A stretch of 64,000 nt of DNA, taken from NCBI GenBank assembly GCA_965209055.1, contig OZ242374.1, forward strand, positions 3,712,001 to 3,776,000, written 5' to 3'. The notes below the pieces were generated by a model. It was not told where the DNA came from and did not search any database. It was given only the letters and a program-made list of their open reading frames with translations. Shown piece by piece: positions 9,254 to 19,137 of the stretch. Position 1 is the stretch's first letter. Each line of letters starts with the position of its first letter. The DNA is from Acidobacteriota bacterium (GTDB lineage Bacteria; Acidobacteriota; UBA6911; RPQK01; JAJDTT01). A program made the translations under genes and the position numbers.

Positions 9254-10483
9254 CTAGCTGATGGGTCCGAAATCGGGAACCTTCAGCCAGTCTCCACCCT
9301 TCAGAGCTGATTGGAAGCCGACGATTCCGGGCGCCGTATAGGCCAGGGCCTGATGGACATCGACCGACGGGGGGCGCTGCTCCAGACAGGCCGAGACGAA
9401 CTCATGAATGATGAAGGGATGGGAGCCTCCGTGCCCCTCAACGTTCCGCAGTGACGGCGGCAGCTCTGCCGAGTGGTCCGCCTGCAACAGTTCGGGTTCC
9501 GAATCGGGAAGGGTCACGTAAGCGGAGGGGCGCATGCCCTTCCACCTCTCGAACAACGACATTTCGGTCCCAAAATAGTCCGCTCCTTCACGGCCGGGAG
9601 CTGCACTCCACCAGTGGATGTTGATTCGGGAGGAGTTTCCACCCGAGGTTTTGAAGAAGAAGGTGGTGTTTATGAACGGGTTACCGTACCGGTTCTCCTT
9701 GTAGAACGGGTGGTCCAGCGGCGTTCCGACCGCCGCGACTTCAACCAGGCTCTCGCCGGTCACATAGATGACCGGACCGCTGGCGTGGGTGATATAGAGG
9801 CCTTGGGCGTTGCCATACCGCCAGGTCCGCCTGCCCTCGTGAAAGTACATCCGGTCCAGGTACTCCGGCATCTCCCCCTTCGCCAGGTAGGTGCCGTGGT
9901 CATGGATGTAATCTCCCTGGGTGAAGTAGATTCTCCCGAACTTGCCTTCCTGTCTCAGTCTGCGGGCCGTCATGGTAGCTGGATGAAAGCAACTGGTTTC
10001 GGCCATCATGTAGATCTGACCGGTTTTTTTGACGGCCTCCAGAAGCTGCTGGCACTGTTCCAGGCTGATGGCGGCCGGAACCGCACAGATGACATGCCGG
10101 CCGGACTCCATGACCTCCACGCAGTGGGGAACGTGACGGGGCGCCCCGGTGAAGATGGCAACGGCATCCACTGTGGGGTCCTTGAGCAGGGCGCGGAAGT
10201 CGGCATGGGCATTGGAGCACGCGAACCGCTCTTCCAGCCTTTTTCGGCGGTCCTCCCTGAGATCGGCGACCGCGGTCACCTTGCAGTTGGGATGCCGATG
10301 CCAGGGAAACGCGGCGCCGAATCCGCCGCCCACCACACCGATCCGCAACTGCTTGCCGGCATCGATCGGCCTGTATCGTTGTCCGAATAGCGAAGCCGTC
10401 AATGCAGTCGTACCGGCTGCCTTCGCACTTTGAAAAAACACTCGGCGGCTGATGGACGGGGATTCCGCCTCATATCTCACCAT
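9254..10483 (-). CDS. Gfo/Idh/MocA-family oxidoreductase, Tat-like N-terminus
   Basis: IGVVGGGFG, HVICAVPAA, YMMAETS, GHGGSHPFIIHEF; SRRVFF motif; start taken at ATG 10483. Confidence 0.88.
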   Translation of the reverse strand: MVRYEAESPSISRRVFFQSAKAAGTTALTASLFGQRYRPIDAGKQLRIGVVGGGFGAAFPWHRHPNCKVTAVADLREDRRKRLEERFACSNAHADFRALLKDPTVDAVAIFTGAPRHVPHCVEVMESGRHVICAVPAAISLEQCQQLLEAVKKTGQIYMMAETSCFHPATMTARRLRQEGKFGRIYFTQGDYIHDHGTYLAKGEMPEYLDRMYFHEGRRTWRYGNAQGLYITHASGPVIYVTGESLVEVAAVGTPLDHPFYKENRYGNPFINTTFFFKTSGGNSSRINIHWWSAAPGREGADYFGTEMSLFERWKGMRPSAYVTLPDSEPELLQADHSAELPPSLRNVEGHGGSHPFIIHEFVSACLEQRPPSVDVHQALAYTAPGIVGFQSALKGGDWLKVPDFGPIS

Positions 10484-10593
10484 GATGGCCGTCCTTTCCG
10501 GGGGTTGGGTATCGGGTGGATCGTAGAGGACACTGAATCGGGCGGTCAAGGCGGGGTGAATCCGGTTTGAATGGGTTAAAGACACTTGGCGGT

Positions 10594-10635
10594 GTGGAGA
10601 TGGGGACAGGTGGAGAAGGGGACAGGCGCCTCCCC
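10594..10635 (+). repeat. GGGGACAG-core site C (16-bp tandem)
   Basis: GTGGAGATGGGGACAG then GTGGAGAAGGGGACAG, followed by GCGCCTCC. Confidence 0.7.
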
Positions 10636-10661
10636 GGAGTCGGTTACCTCCCCGCCGGTGT

Positions 10662-11819
10662 CTAACCGCTCGCTACAGACTCCAGGAACTCCCGGGCGAT
10701 TTCCTCGTAACGGTGCGGGTCCATGTTCCAGGTCCTCCCGTGGGTGGCGCCGGGGACCTTCACGCACCGGACCAGATCCGGGCGGGACCGGGCGAGCAGT
10801 CGGCTGGTTCGGAGTGGAACGAGGGTGTCCGCGTCTCCATGGAAAACCAACGTGGGAGCATGCAGGTGTCCCGTGTCGCGGAGGTAGTTCAACTTCCTCC
10901 ACGGAATCCCGAAACGCGCTCGAGCCAGGGTCTTCGCCGGGTGGTAGAAGATTCCGGGATACCCTTGGTTGCGGGCGGCGAATTTCAAGGTGGCTTCCAG
11001 GTCCAGGACCGGCGAGTCCAGAATGACTCCACGGACGGATCGTGCCAAATCAGATTGCCGCAGGAAGCTCATGACCACGCACCCGCCCATGCTGTAACCG
11101 GCCAGGATTAGCTTTTCGGCCCCGGACTCCAAGGCATGGCGGGCGGCTCCTTCCAGATCCTCCCACTCCGTGAGTCCGTACCAGTGGAGACCGTCCGGGG
11201 CGGGCTCGGCCTCCGGATCGTTTCGATACGAGATGACCAGGCCGGGAAATCCCAGGTCCGCCGCCACCTTCAGCAGGGGGTAGGAACGGAGAGCGCCGCT
11301 GGGCGGCGCGGCCCGCTTTCCGTGGACGAAGATGACCCAGGTGGAGCGGGAACCGGGGACCAACCAGGCGGGGAATCGGCCGAGTGGAGAGTGGAATTGC
11401 AGCGGTTGGACCGGAAACCCGAACGCATCGCCCGGGTCGTCGGGAAAGGCGAAACCGGTGAGCCTCACGCGGGTGCCGGGCGCCAGATCTCCATGCAGAA
11501 GACGGAGGCGTCGAGTGACCTGCCGATTCCTCAGATTCAGGATCCTTCCGGCTTGGGCGTAACCTCCCGGCCAACGCAGACCCCAGAGGCCCTCCTGACG
11601 CCAGCGGCGGCTCCGGCCTGTCTCCGGCAGGACTCCCAAAGTCACGCGATCCGACTCGACCTCCAACACCTCGAGGGGGCGCGCGCCGCCCCGGGCCGCC
11701 GGCTCCAGGACCCGGCGGCGGATCCGGTTGGAAAGGTGCCATGCTCCGGCCAGCCAGACCGCGGCCAGGATGACTCCAATGACGGCCGGCCACGCCGCGT
11801 CGGTCAGTGGGGTGTCCAT
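10662..11819 (-). CDS. Membrane-anchored alpha/beta hydrolase
   Basis: N-terminal TM helix, IFVHG, GYSMGG nucleophile, HGDAD..VP, GATH; start at MDTPLT. Confidence 0.85.
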   Translation of the reverse strand: MDTPLTDAAWPAVIGVILAAVWLAGAWHLSNRIRRRVLEPAARGGARPLEVLEVESDRVTLGVLPETGRSRRWRQEGLWGLRWPGGYAQAGRILNLRNRQVTRRLRLLHGDLAPGTRVRLTGFAFPDDPGDAFGFPVQPLQFHSPLGRFPAWLVPGSRSTWVIFVHGKRAAPPSGALRSYPLLKVAADLGFPGLVISYRNDPEAEPAPDGLHWYGLTEWEDLEGAARHALESGAEKLILAGYSMGGCVVMSFLRQSDLARSVRGVILDSPVLDLEATLKFAARNQGYPGIFYHPAKTLARARFGIPWRKLNYLRDTGHLHAPTLVFHGDADTLVPLRTSRLLARSRPDLVRCVKVPGATHGRTWNMDPHRYEEIAREFLESVASG

Positions 11820-11872
11820 CCGTTTCGATGGGTCGGAAGGGGGCCGGGAACTGCGTCCCGCGTCACCGGGCG

Positions 11873-12334
11873 TTACTCCGCCAGTTCCCGGTTCAGCATC
11901 TTGCGGTGTTTGGCGGACAGGGTTCGGCGCCGGCGGCGGTTCTTCGGCCCCGGATCGGGCTCTTTCCGGCTTTTGAGGAAGACGGCGACCAACACGCCTC
12001 CGCCGGTCAGGACGACGAAGGGGAGGACCCAGGCCACAAGGTTGAATCCTTCGGGCTTGGGAGCGCCATAGATTCTGGGACCGTATTCTTTTTCGTACTC
12101 GGCAAAGACCTGCGCCTCCGTCATCCCGTTGGCCAACAGTTGCAGGATGTGGGCTCTGATCTGTGGAGCGTGGCCGCATTCGTCTCCGCAATCCTGTACC
12201 AGCTTCGGGCATTCACAGAGGCACTTCATGTTCGCCTCGATCCGCTTCAGGGTTTCCTTGTCGGAGCCCAGCGTACCTGAGACGGAAAGGGCAAGGACGG
12301 CGGGGAAAAGGAACACGGCGAACATCGATATCAT
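11873..12334 (-). CDS. ccmH: Cytochrome c-type biogenesis protein CcmH-like
   Basis: 3' end of the long ORF: signal peptide, IEANMKCLCEC, C..A..IR, YGPRIYGAP, AWVLP TM helix. Confidence 0.7.
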   Translation of the reverse strand: MISMFAVFLFPAVLALSVSGTLGSDKETLKRIEANMKCLCECPKLVQDCGDECGHAPQIRAHILQLLANGMTEAQVFAEYEKEYGPRIYGAPKPEGFNLVAWVLPFVVLTGGGVLVAVFLKSRKEPDPGPKNRRRRRTLSAKHRKMLNRELAE

Positions 12335-12433
12335 TGTATACCACGGGTTCACGAACTGCTCTCCCACCTGTGTCCAACACCATCGCCGACTTGCGCCCGC
12401 CGGCCGGTTCCGCCATCTTGGCGGCTGACGACC

Positions 12434-13387
12434 ATGCCGCGAACCGTGACCGTTGCCGCTGCCCAGTCCGGACCCGTCTCCCGCTCCGAGAGCCGGAAAG
12501 ACGTCGTCGAACGGCTGCACTCTCAGATGCGGGAGGCCACCCGCCTCGGATGCGACGTGGTGGTCTTCACCGAGGTGGCCCTGACGGCATTCTTCCCCCA
12601 CTGGTACATGGAAGACCAGGACGAGATCGACGCCTGGTTCGAGCGGGAAATGCCGGGGCCGGAGACGCAAAAGCTGTTCGACGAGGCCGTCCGGCTCGGA
12701 ATCGGGTTCCACCTGGGCTACGCGGAGTTGACCCAGGAGGAAGGGCGAGACCGCCGCTACAACACCTCGATCCTGGTGGGCAAGGACGGCCGGATCATCG
12801 GCAAGTACCGGAAGATCCACCTGCCGGGAAACGCCGAATTCCAACCCGGGGACCGCTACCAGAACCTGGAGAAATACTACTTCGATCGGGGCAACCTGGG
12901 GTTTCGGACCTGGCGGGCCTTCGGCGGGGTGGTGGGCCTGTGCACCTGCTACGATCGCCGGTGGCCCGAGACCTACCGGGTGCTGGCGCTGCGTGGCGCC
13001 GAGCTGATTCTGTTGGGATACAACACCCCGGACTCCTGGCCCGACCGTCCCGGCAAGGCGCCGCTGGCCCGGTTCCACAACCTGCTCTGCATGCAGGCGG
13101 GCGCCTACCAGAACGGCGCCTGGGTGGTGGGAGTCGCCAAGGCCGGCGTCGAAGCGGGGGTGAGCCAGATCGGCCAGAGCTGCATCATCTCGCCTGAGGG
13201 GGAGATCGTGGCCATGGCCACCACCCAGAAGGACGAACTGGTGGTGGCCGAATGCGATCTGGACCAGACCGTGAGGTACCGAAAACACGCTCTCAACTTC
13301 GAGCAGAACCGGAGCATCCGGGACTATCGCCCCATCACCGAGAGAGCGGGAGCCGTATCTCCGGGTGACTCCCTCGACACGCCCTGA
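12434..13387 (+). CDS. N-carbamoyl-D-amino acid hydrolase (nitrilase superfamily)
   Basis: FTEVALTAFFP (Glu), YRKIHLPG (Lys), CYDRRWPE (Cys), GYNTP, QAGAYQN, VAKAG. Confidence 0.9.
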   Translation: MPRTVTVAAAQSGPVSRSESRKDVVERLHSQMREATRLGCDVVVFTEVALTAFFPHWYMEDQDEIDAWFEREMPGPETQKLFDEAVRLGIGFHLGYAELTQEEGRDRRYNTSILVGKDGRIIGKYRKIHLPGNAEFQPGDRYQNLEKYYFDRGNLGFRTWRAFGGVVGLCTCYDRRWPETYRVLALRGAELILLGYNTPDSWPDRPGKAPLARFHNLLCMQAGAYQNGAWVVGVAKAGVEAGVSQIGQSCIISPEGEIVAMATTQKDELVVAECDLDQTVRYRKHALNFEQNRSIRDYRPITERAGAVSPGDSLDTP

Positions 13388-13424
13388 TGCCGGATCTGTC
13401 CTTCCGCACTGCGGAGACGACACC

Positions 13425-14528
13425 ATGAGCCCAATCCTGTTCCTGTTCTGGGGACTCTTCCTGGTCCCGGCCGAACCCGCCGCCGCGGCAAGTTCCAAAC
13501 AGGTCCGCCTGGACCGAAACGAGCTGCTCCAATACCGGGACGCCCAGGGAGTCATTCGGACAGTCGAAACCCCGGAGGATTGGGAACTTCGGCGAGCCGA
13601 GATCGTGCGGGGGATGCAGGCGGTGATGGGAAAGATGCCCGGCGAGAGTCGGCGGGTCCCCCTGGAACCCCGGGTCGAGGAGGAGGTGGATCGCGGGACC
13701 TACGTCCGGCGGCTCATCACCTACCGGTCCGAACCGGAGTCGCGCACTCCGGCCTACCTCTGCATTCCCAAGGAGGTGCTGGCGGGAAAGGGGTGGGCTC
13801 CGGCGGTGCTCTGTCTGCACGGGACCAACATGGAAGTGGGACACAAGGTGGTCGTCGAACCGGGATCCCGGCGGGGACGCGCCTATGCCAGGGAACTGGC
13901 CGAGCGGGGCTACGTCACCCTTTCGCCCGCCTATCCTCATATGGCCAACTACTGGCCGAATCTGGGAGCCCTCGGTTACGTGAGCGGCACCATGAAGGCG
14001 ATCTGGGACAATTCCCGCGGCCTGGACCTGCTGGCCTCCTTGCCCTATGTGGACTCCTCCCGGGGCTTCGCCGCCATCGGACAGTCGTTGGGAGGGCACA
14101 ACGCCATCTATACGGCGGTGTTCGACAAGCGCATCCAGGCCGTGGTCAGCAGTTGCGGGTTCGACTCCTACCTGGACTATTACGGCGGGGACCCGGCACG
14201 CTGGTACTTCGGGAAGGGCTGGTGCCAGATCCGGTACATGCCCGGGCTGTCCAACTACCGGGGACGCCTGGAGGAGATCCCCTTCGACTTCCACGAGTTG
14301 CTGGGCGCCCTGGCTCCCCGTCCCATCTTCGTCAATGCCCCGCTTGGAGACGGCAATTTCCAATGGCGAAGCGTCGACCGTTGCGTCGCCGCGGCGAAGC
14401 CGGTCTACCGCCTCCTGGGCGATGAGAAGAACCTCATCGTCCGGCATCCCGACACCGGACACGAATTCCCGGACCAGGTCCGGCACGAAGCCTTCCGGTT
14501 TATCGATTCGGTGTTGAAGGGCAAATAG
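13425..14528 (+). CDS. Secreted alpha/beta hydrolase (dienelactone hydrolase / esterase-like)
   Basis: Signal peptide, AVLCLHGT, GQSLGGHN nucleophile elbow, ALAPRP, GHEFP. Confidence 0.85.
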   Translation: MSPILFLFWGLFLVPAEPAAAASSKQVRLDRNELLQYRDAQGVIRTVETPEDWELRRAEIVRGMQAVMGKMPGESRRVPLEPRVEEEVDRGTYVRRLITYRSEPESRTPAYLCIPKEVLAGKGWAPAVLCLHGTNMEVGHKVVVEPGSRRGRAYARELAERGYVTLSPAYPHMANYWPNLGALGYVSGTMKAIWDNSRGLDLLASLPYVDSSRGFAAIGQSLGGHNAIYTAVFDKRIQAVVSSCGFDSYLDYYGGDPARWYFGKGWCQIRYMPGLSNYRGRLEEIPFDFHELLGALAPRPIFVNAPLGDGNFQWRSVDRCVAAAKPVYRLLGDEKNLIVRHPDTGHEFPDQVRHEAFRFIDSVLKGK

Positions 14529-14610
14529 ACGAGGTTGCCGCCACCGCTGGCCGGCGGTCTCCACATCATCCCGGTGTCCACGAGGAATGTGGGCAGGGAC
14601 CGGCCCACCC

Positions 14611-17382
14611 TCAATCCAGCGAGATCGCGACCCTCTTGAGGACCGGGTAGCGGTCTCCGTTGTCGGAACGAAGGGTCACCCGATACTGGAGACGGCGATC
14701 GTTTTCCGCTACTGACACCGTCCCCCCGAAGGGTCTCCAGGCGCTCCCCTGCAATGCTTCCAGTGTGGCCGCGCTCCGCACCTCAAAGTTCAGACTGGTC
14801 CCTTCCGGGGAATCGGCCTGGTACTCGAGAGTCGCATCGCCGGCGGTTCCGTTCCAAATGAACACAGACGACTCGTACGTCTGCTCCCAGCGGCGATGGG
14901 CGATGTGGCCCATGTCCTGGTCGCTCATCCAGTGGGGGCCAATGGTGGGCAGGAGCTGGACCCGGGGATCGGCGAAGCGGTTGCCGTCGTTGTAATAGAC
15001 CCGGGAATGGGCGTGGTGGTTGCCGTCCTTGGTATGGCACGACACAGCCACGTCCAGGCGTCCGTCCCGGTCGAAATCACCCGCCAGGGCGTCGTGTGCC
15101 GAATCACAGATGAGGATGGTCCGGTTCCGGGTTTCCAGACCATCGGGTCCTCCCCAGTAGAGGTAACAGGGAAGGGACTCGCGGGTGAGCTCGGCGTGGT
15201 AGTGGGGAGAGAAGACGTCCAGGTACCCGTCGCCGTCCCAGTCGGCAACGGCCAGGCCGATGGGGGTGAACCCGGGAAGCCACTGGCTGTTCCAGAATTG
15301 GAAGCCCGCTTGCGAGCCCCAGAAGATGAGGCTCCCCGTGTCGTGGTGCCCGGCCGGCTTGTCATAGTAGCTTCCCACCAGCAGGTCCAGGAAGCCGTCC
15401 TGGTTGAGGTCCGCCGTTTCCAGGCTGATGGGCATGGGGGAATCCAGGCCTCCCTGCCGTTTCACGTCGAACCCTCCGGGACCGCCCCAGAAGACCCTGA
15501 CCCGGTCCGCGAGACTGGAGTGGACGGTGACGTCGAGCCACCCGTCCCGGTTGAAATCGGCCACCAGGCATCCGGTGGACCGTCCCGGCGAGGGGATGGC
15601 GGTTCTGCGGCTGCCGTCGAACCCCCGTTTTGTCCCGTAGTGGATGACCAGTTCTTCGGAGGTCTCCGGGTCCCGGTCCTCGAAGGCGCCCAGCACCAGG
15701 TCGAGGTAGCCGTCCCGGTCCAGATCGGCGACGTTGCTGGACCCGAGGTCAATTTCCCGCAGCGTCGTCCGGCGTTCCAAGTCGAAGCCCTCGGCGCTTC
15801 CCCACAGAATGTTGGCTCCCAGAATGGGTGAGGCCAGCGCCGCCGCGCCGCCATGGCCCGAGTTCAGGACCACCAGGTCGGCGTAACCGTCGGCATTCAG
15901 GTCGGCGCCGCTGGACTCGTATCCGCTCTGAAACGGGATTTCCCAGATCGACTCGGCGTCGAAACCCTCGGGACCGCCCCAATAGACCTGAAGCGGCACC
16001 ATCTCGTCCACCGTCCCCATGCGGCTGTTGGCGAAAGCGGCATGGGCCGGGACCAAATCGTGGGCGGGGATGACGACAACGTCAGTTGCCCCCACCGTCT
16101 CGGCGCCCTGGCCGGATTTCTCCAGGGTTCGCCCCCCGTTTCCCCAATAGATCCAGGAATCGGTGGTGAAGCTCTCGTCGCCCTGGTAGCGCGCCAGCGC
16201 CAGGTCGGCGTGGCCGTCGGCGTTCAAGTCGCCGATGGCGGAAGCCGACGCGTACGGAGCCTGCAAATCCAGGCGGTCCTCCCTGGAAAAGCCGGACGGC
16301 CCGCCCCACAGCACCCGGACCAGGTTCATGTCGCGGCCGGCGCCGGCGATTTCACCACCGCCGGCCCGGGAGAGGGCCAGGTCCACCAACACCAGGTCGG
16401 GCCAATCGTCACCGTCCAGCCGTCCCGAGGCCACGTGCGTCGCGGGAAACGCCGGGATGGAGACGGCCGTCTGAAACCGGCGGCCCTGACCCGCTACCGC
16501 CAGGTAGAGCTCGTCTCTGCCCGTGCCCACCAGGAGGTCGGCGAGCGTGTCCCCGTTCACGTCGTCCGCCGCCAGGGAGATTCCTGCGGTTCCCGGAAGG
16601 GCGATCCGGGTCGATTCGGGCGCCTCCGTCCTTCCACCGGCTGCCGACCAGAACAGTTGGACGCTTCCCTTGGCCAGGACCGCCACGTCCCGGCCTCCGT
16701 CCCCGTCCAGGTCCTCGGCGACCAGGTCGATGCCGCCGGCGACCCCCAGGTCCAGCCGCCGCGCCAGCAGGTAGCCCCGATCGCTGCCCCAGAAGATGCG
16801 GACGATGTTGCCGTCCGGTTGTCCCGGAAGCCACGCCTCCCGGTTCAGGGTCACGATCTCGGGCCAGTCGTCCCGGTTCAGGTCGGCGACGGCCACGGCC
16901 TGCGCCCCGTACACCGGAAGGACGCCGTTGCTCCTGGAGGCCGGCCAGCCGTCTTCGCCTCCCCAGATGATGGTCAGCAGCCTCCGCGGATTCTGAATTC
17001 CGCCGTGGTTGGGACAGAAGACCAGGTCGGTGTGGCCGTCCCGGTTCAGATCGGCCGCGGCGATTCCCGTGCTCCCCTCCACCGCCAGCGGGGACTCGCG
17101 GAGGCTCCCGTCCGAATTCACCGAGACCAGGGTTCCCGGCAGGAATCCGGCGGTGTCGTGGGTGCTGTTGAAGACCAGGTCCAGGAACCCGTCCTGGTTC
17201 AGGTCGAAGCGGTGGATGGTGCGGATGGAGCCGTCCCGGCTCACCCACAGGTTCTGGCCGGAAGCGTCGAGCCGTCCGTCGGCGAAGTCCTCGAACGAGT
17301 CTTCGACCCAGACGGTCTTGGTCTCCGCATGCAACGGGGAGAGTGCAAGAACCAGGGGGAGGAGGAATCGGAGTGATCTCAT
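14611..17382 (-). CDS. Secreted FG-GAP/VCBS repeat protein
   Basis: Signal peptide MRSLRFLL..., many ADLNxDGxxDL and (Y/F/L)WG repeats. Confidence 0.88.
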   Translation of the reverse strand: MRSLRFLLPLVLALSPLHAETKTVWVEDSFEDFADGRLDASGQNLWVSRDGSIRTIHRFDLNQDGFLDLVFNSTHDTAGFLPGTLVSVNSDGSLRESPLAVEGSTGIAAADLNRDGHTDLVFCPNHGGIQNPRRLLTIIWGGEDGWPASRSNGVLPVYGAQAVAVADLNRDDWPEIVTLNREAWLPGQPDGNIVRIFWGSDRGYLLARRLDLGVAGGIDLVAEDLDGDGGRDVAVLAKGSVQLFWSAAGGRTEAPESTRIALPGTAGISLAADDVNGDTLADLLVGTGRDELYLAVAGQGRRFQTAVSIPAFPATHVASGRLDGDDWPDLVLVDLALSRAGGGEIAGAGRDMNLVRVLWGGPSGFSREDRLDLQAPYASASAIGDLNADGHADLALARYQGDESFTTDSWIYWGNGGRTLEKSGQGAETVGATDVVVIPAHDLVPAHAAFANSRMGTVDEMVPLQVYWGGPEGFDAESIWEIPFQSGYESSGADLNADGYADLVVLNSGHGGAAALASPILGANILWGSAEGFDLERRTTLREIDLGSSNVADLDRDGYLDLVLGAFEDRDPETSEELVIHYGTKRGFDGSRRTAIPSPGRSTGCLVADFNRDGWLDVTVHSSLADRVRVFWGGPGGFDVKRQGGLDSPMPISLETADLNQDGFLDLLVGSYYDKPAGHHDTGSLIFWGSQAGFQFWNSQWLPGFTPIGLAVADWDGDGYLDVFSPHYHAELTRESLPCYLYWGGPDGLETRNRTILICDSAHDALAGDFDRDGRLDVAVSCHTKDGNHHAHSRVYYNDGNRFADPRVQLLPTIGPHWMSDQDMGHIAHRRWEQTYESSVFIWNGTAGDATLEYQADSPEGTSLNFEVRSAATLEALQGSAWRPFGGTVSVAENDRRLQYRVTLRSDNGDRYPVLKRVAISLD

Positions 17383-17440
17383 CGCGCGAGTATAGCAACT
17401 GCGGCGGCGATCGCAGATTCGGACGCTTGGTTGATTCGCG

Positions 17441-18448
17441 TCACTTCCGTCGGTCCAGCCAAGCGCGCAGGCGCGCGGCTTCTTCGATCGCGGACGGGTC
17501 GAGTTGGGCTTGGTGGAGCCGGGAGCGAACGACGAAATGGTCCATGTCGTCCGGCGGCGTGTCCCGTTCAATGATTTCCTGTACCTTGCTTGCGAAGAAA
17601 CGGCTCCAGTCGGGCCTCCGCCCGTCGAGGTCGGTGAAGCCGTACTCCCGTGCCAGTCCCCAGCTTGAGAAGAGCCCGCCGCTCTTCTGCCCGACATGGG
17701 GGTCGGCGGCCAGAGCCGCCACCGCCCGGCCGACGAAGCACGGCGTCTCGGACTCGGCGAAGTAGGGATCTTCCTCGATTCCGTCCCGCCAGTTCGCCTC
17801 GGTGACGCCCAAGGCTTCCAGCACCGCCTCGGAACGGAGAAAGCCCGGCGTGATTGCCAGAGCAGTCACGTTATGGGCGTGCAGGTCGGCGGCCATGGCG
17901 TACGCGAGCCGGATGACGGCGTTCTTGGCCAGGTCGTAGAAGAGGTTTCCCCGGTAGCCATGCGTATCGCCGTCGGTCACCTCGACGATGAGCCCGGCAT
18001 TGCGCTCGACCATCAGCGGCGTACCGTGCCGGCTCGTGATGATGTGACTGAGGACGGCGCGCTCGAGCAACTCCACGCCCCGGGCCGTGGAGAGGGTCCA
18101 GAACGGCGATCCCCACTCCGTCAGCGCATCGCCGCCCCAGATGTCGTTGACCAGGATGTCGAGCCGGTCCTGTTCGCCGCGGATGCGGGTGAAGAGTCGC
18201 TGGACCTCGGACTCAACGGTGTGGTCGGTGCGGACGGCGATGCCCCGGCCACCCTCCGCGGTGACCATCTCCGCCGTCTCCTCGATGGTCTCGGGCCGCC
18301 CCGGGGTGGCGGGCCGGCCCCGAACGCTGCGGCCGGTGCAGTACACGGTGGCCCCCGCCGCCCCCAGCATGCGGGCGATGCCCCGGCCGGCGCCGCGCGT
18401 CGCGCCGGCGACGACTGCCACCCGGTCGAGCAGCGGCTGGTTCGGCAT
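17441..18448 (-). CDS. SDR-family oxidoreductase
   Basis: VAGATRGAGRGIA, LVNDIWGG, YDLAK, SETP.FVGRAV. Confidence 0.9.
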   Translation of the reverse strand: MPNQPLLDRVAVVAGATRGAGRGIARMLGAAGATVYCTGRSVRGRPATPGRPETIEETAEMVTAEGGRGIAVRTDHTVESEVQRLFTRIRGEQDRLDILVNDIWGGDALTEWGSPFWTLSTARGVELLERAVLSHIITSRHGTPLMVERNAGLIVEVTDGDTHGYRGNLFYDLAKNAVIRLAYAMAADLHAHNVTALAITPGFLRSEAVLEALGVTEANWRDGIEEDPYFAESETPCFVGRAVAALAADPHVGQKSGGLFSSWGLAREYGFTDLDGRRPDWSRFFASKVQEIIERDTPPDDMDHFVVRSRLHQAQLDPSAIEEAARLRAWLDRRK

Positions 18449-18462
18449 GGTCAAATTCTCGA

Positions 18463-18702
18463 TCAACCCCCGGCCATGTTGCCGACGACCATGAACGCCT
18501 CACGGACCGTCGCCACTTCTTCCGGCAACAGTGCGTCCGGCGGCTCGTGCGACCGATCCTGTCCGCAGGCAAAGAACCGGAGATAGGCCCGGCGGCGTCG
18601 CGTCGCGTGGTCCCGGATCGTGCCGCGCAGGACGGGGTAGTCTGCCTCCAGCGCGACGAGCACGGCGCGTTGAGTCGCATGCACCTCGAGATCGACCTCC
18701 AT
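18463..18702 (-). pseudogene. MoaD/ThiS-family ubiquitin-like protein, apparently 5'-damaged
   Basis: [26 protein letters not shown]-terminal AGG. The usual N-terminal strand and helix are not in frame. Confidence 0.6.
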
Positions 18703-18766
18703 CCAGTTCGTCGGTCAGTCTACGACACTGCCGAAAAGTCGGACAATCATGGCGTGAAGCCCGCAC

Positions 18767-18867
18767 GAGAGGAGGGAGAGGAGGTGACTGTCCCCTTTTC
18801 CAGAGGAGGTGACTGTCCCCTTTTCCCAGTCCCCTTTTCCCAATCCCCTTTTCCCAATCGGTCCCCT
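18767..18867 (-). repeat. GGGGACAG-core site D with tandem and decaying repeats
   Basis: 25-bp AGAGGAGGTGACTGTCCCCTTTTCC x2 (18777-18826), then two 14-bp CA(G/A)TCCCCTTTTCC partial copies. Confidence 0.85.
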
Positions 18868-18957
18868 ACAATGAAAGGCAAATTGGGAGGGGCACGATGG
18901 GTTGTCCTGACTTCATTGAATCGGCTGATCGGGTGAGTGGTTCCGGGAGGAAGAATT

Positions 18958-19077
18958 ATGGGCGTACTCTCAGTTGTCGGAATAGCAGTGGTGTGTTTCC
19001 TGCTTTACAAGATTAATGAAAGTCTGGAGAGGCTGGACGGGCGGGTGTCGAGAATTGAGGAACACCTTGTTGATTAG
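18958..19077 (+). CDS. 39-aa small membrane protein (TM helix plus short coiled coil)
   Basis: Manual translation MGVLSVVGIAVVCFLLYKINESLERLDGRVSRIEEHLVD, with GGAGG RBS upstream; below the ORF-track cutoff. Confidence 0.55.
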   Translation: MGVLSVVGIAVVCFLLYKINESLERLDGRVSRIEEHLVD

Positions 19078-19137
19078 GAAGGCCGAGCTGCGAACGTCCG
19101 ATCGCCGATGTGCATTATGGGCGGCCAGGAGGGAAGC

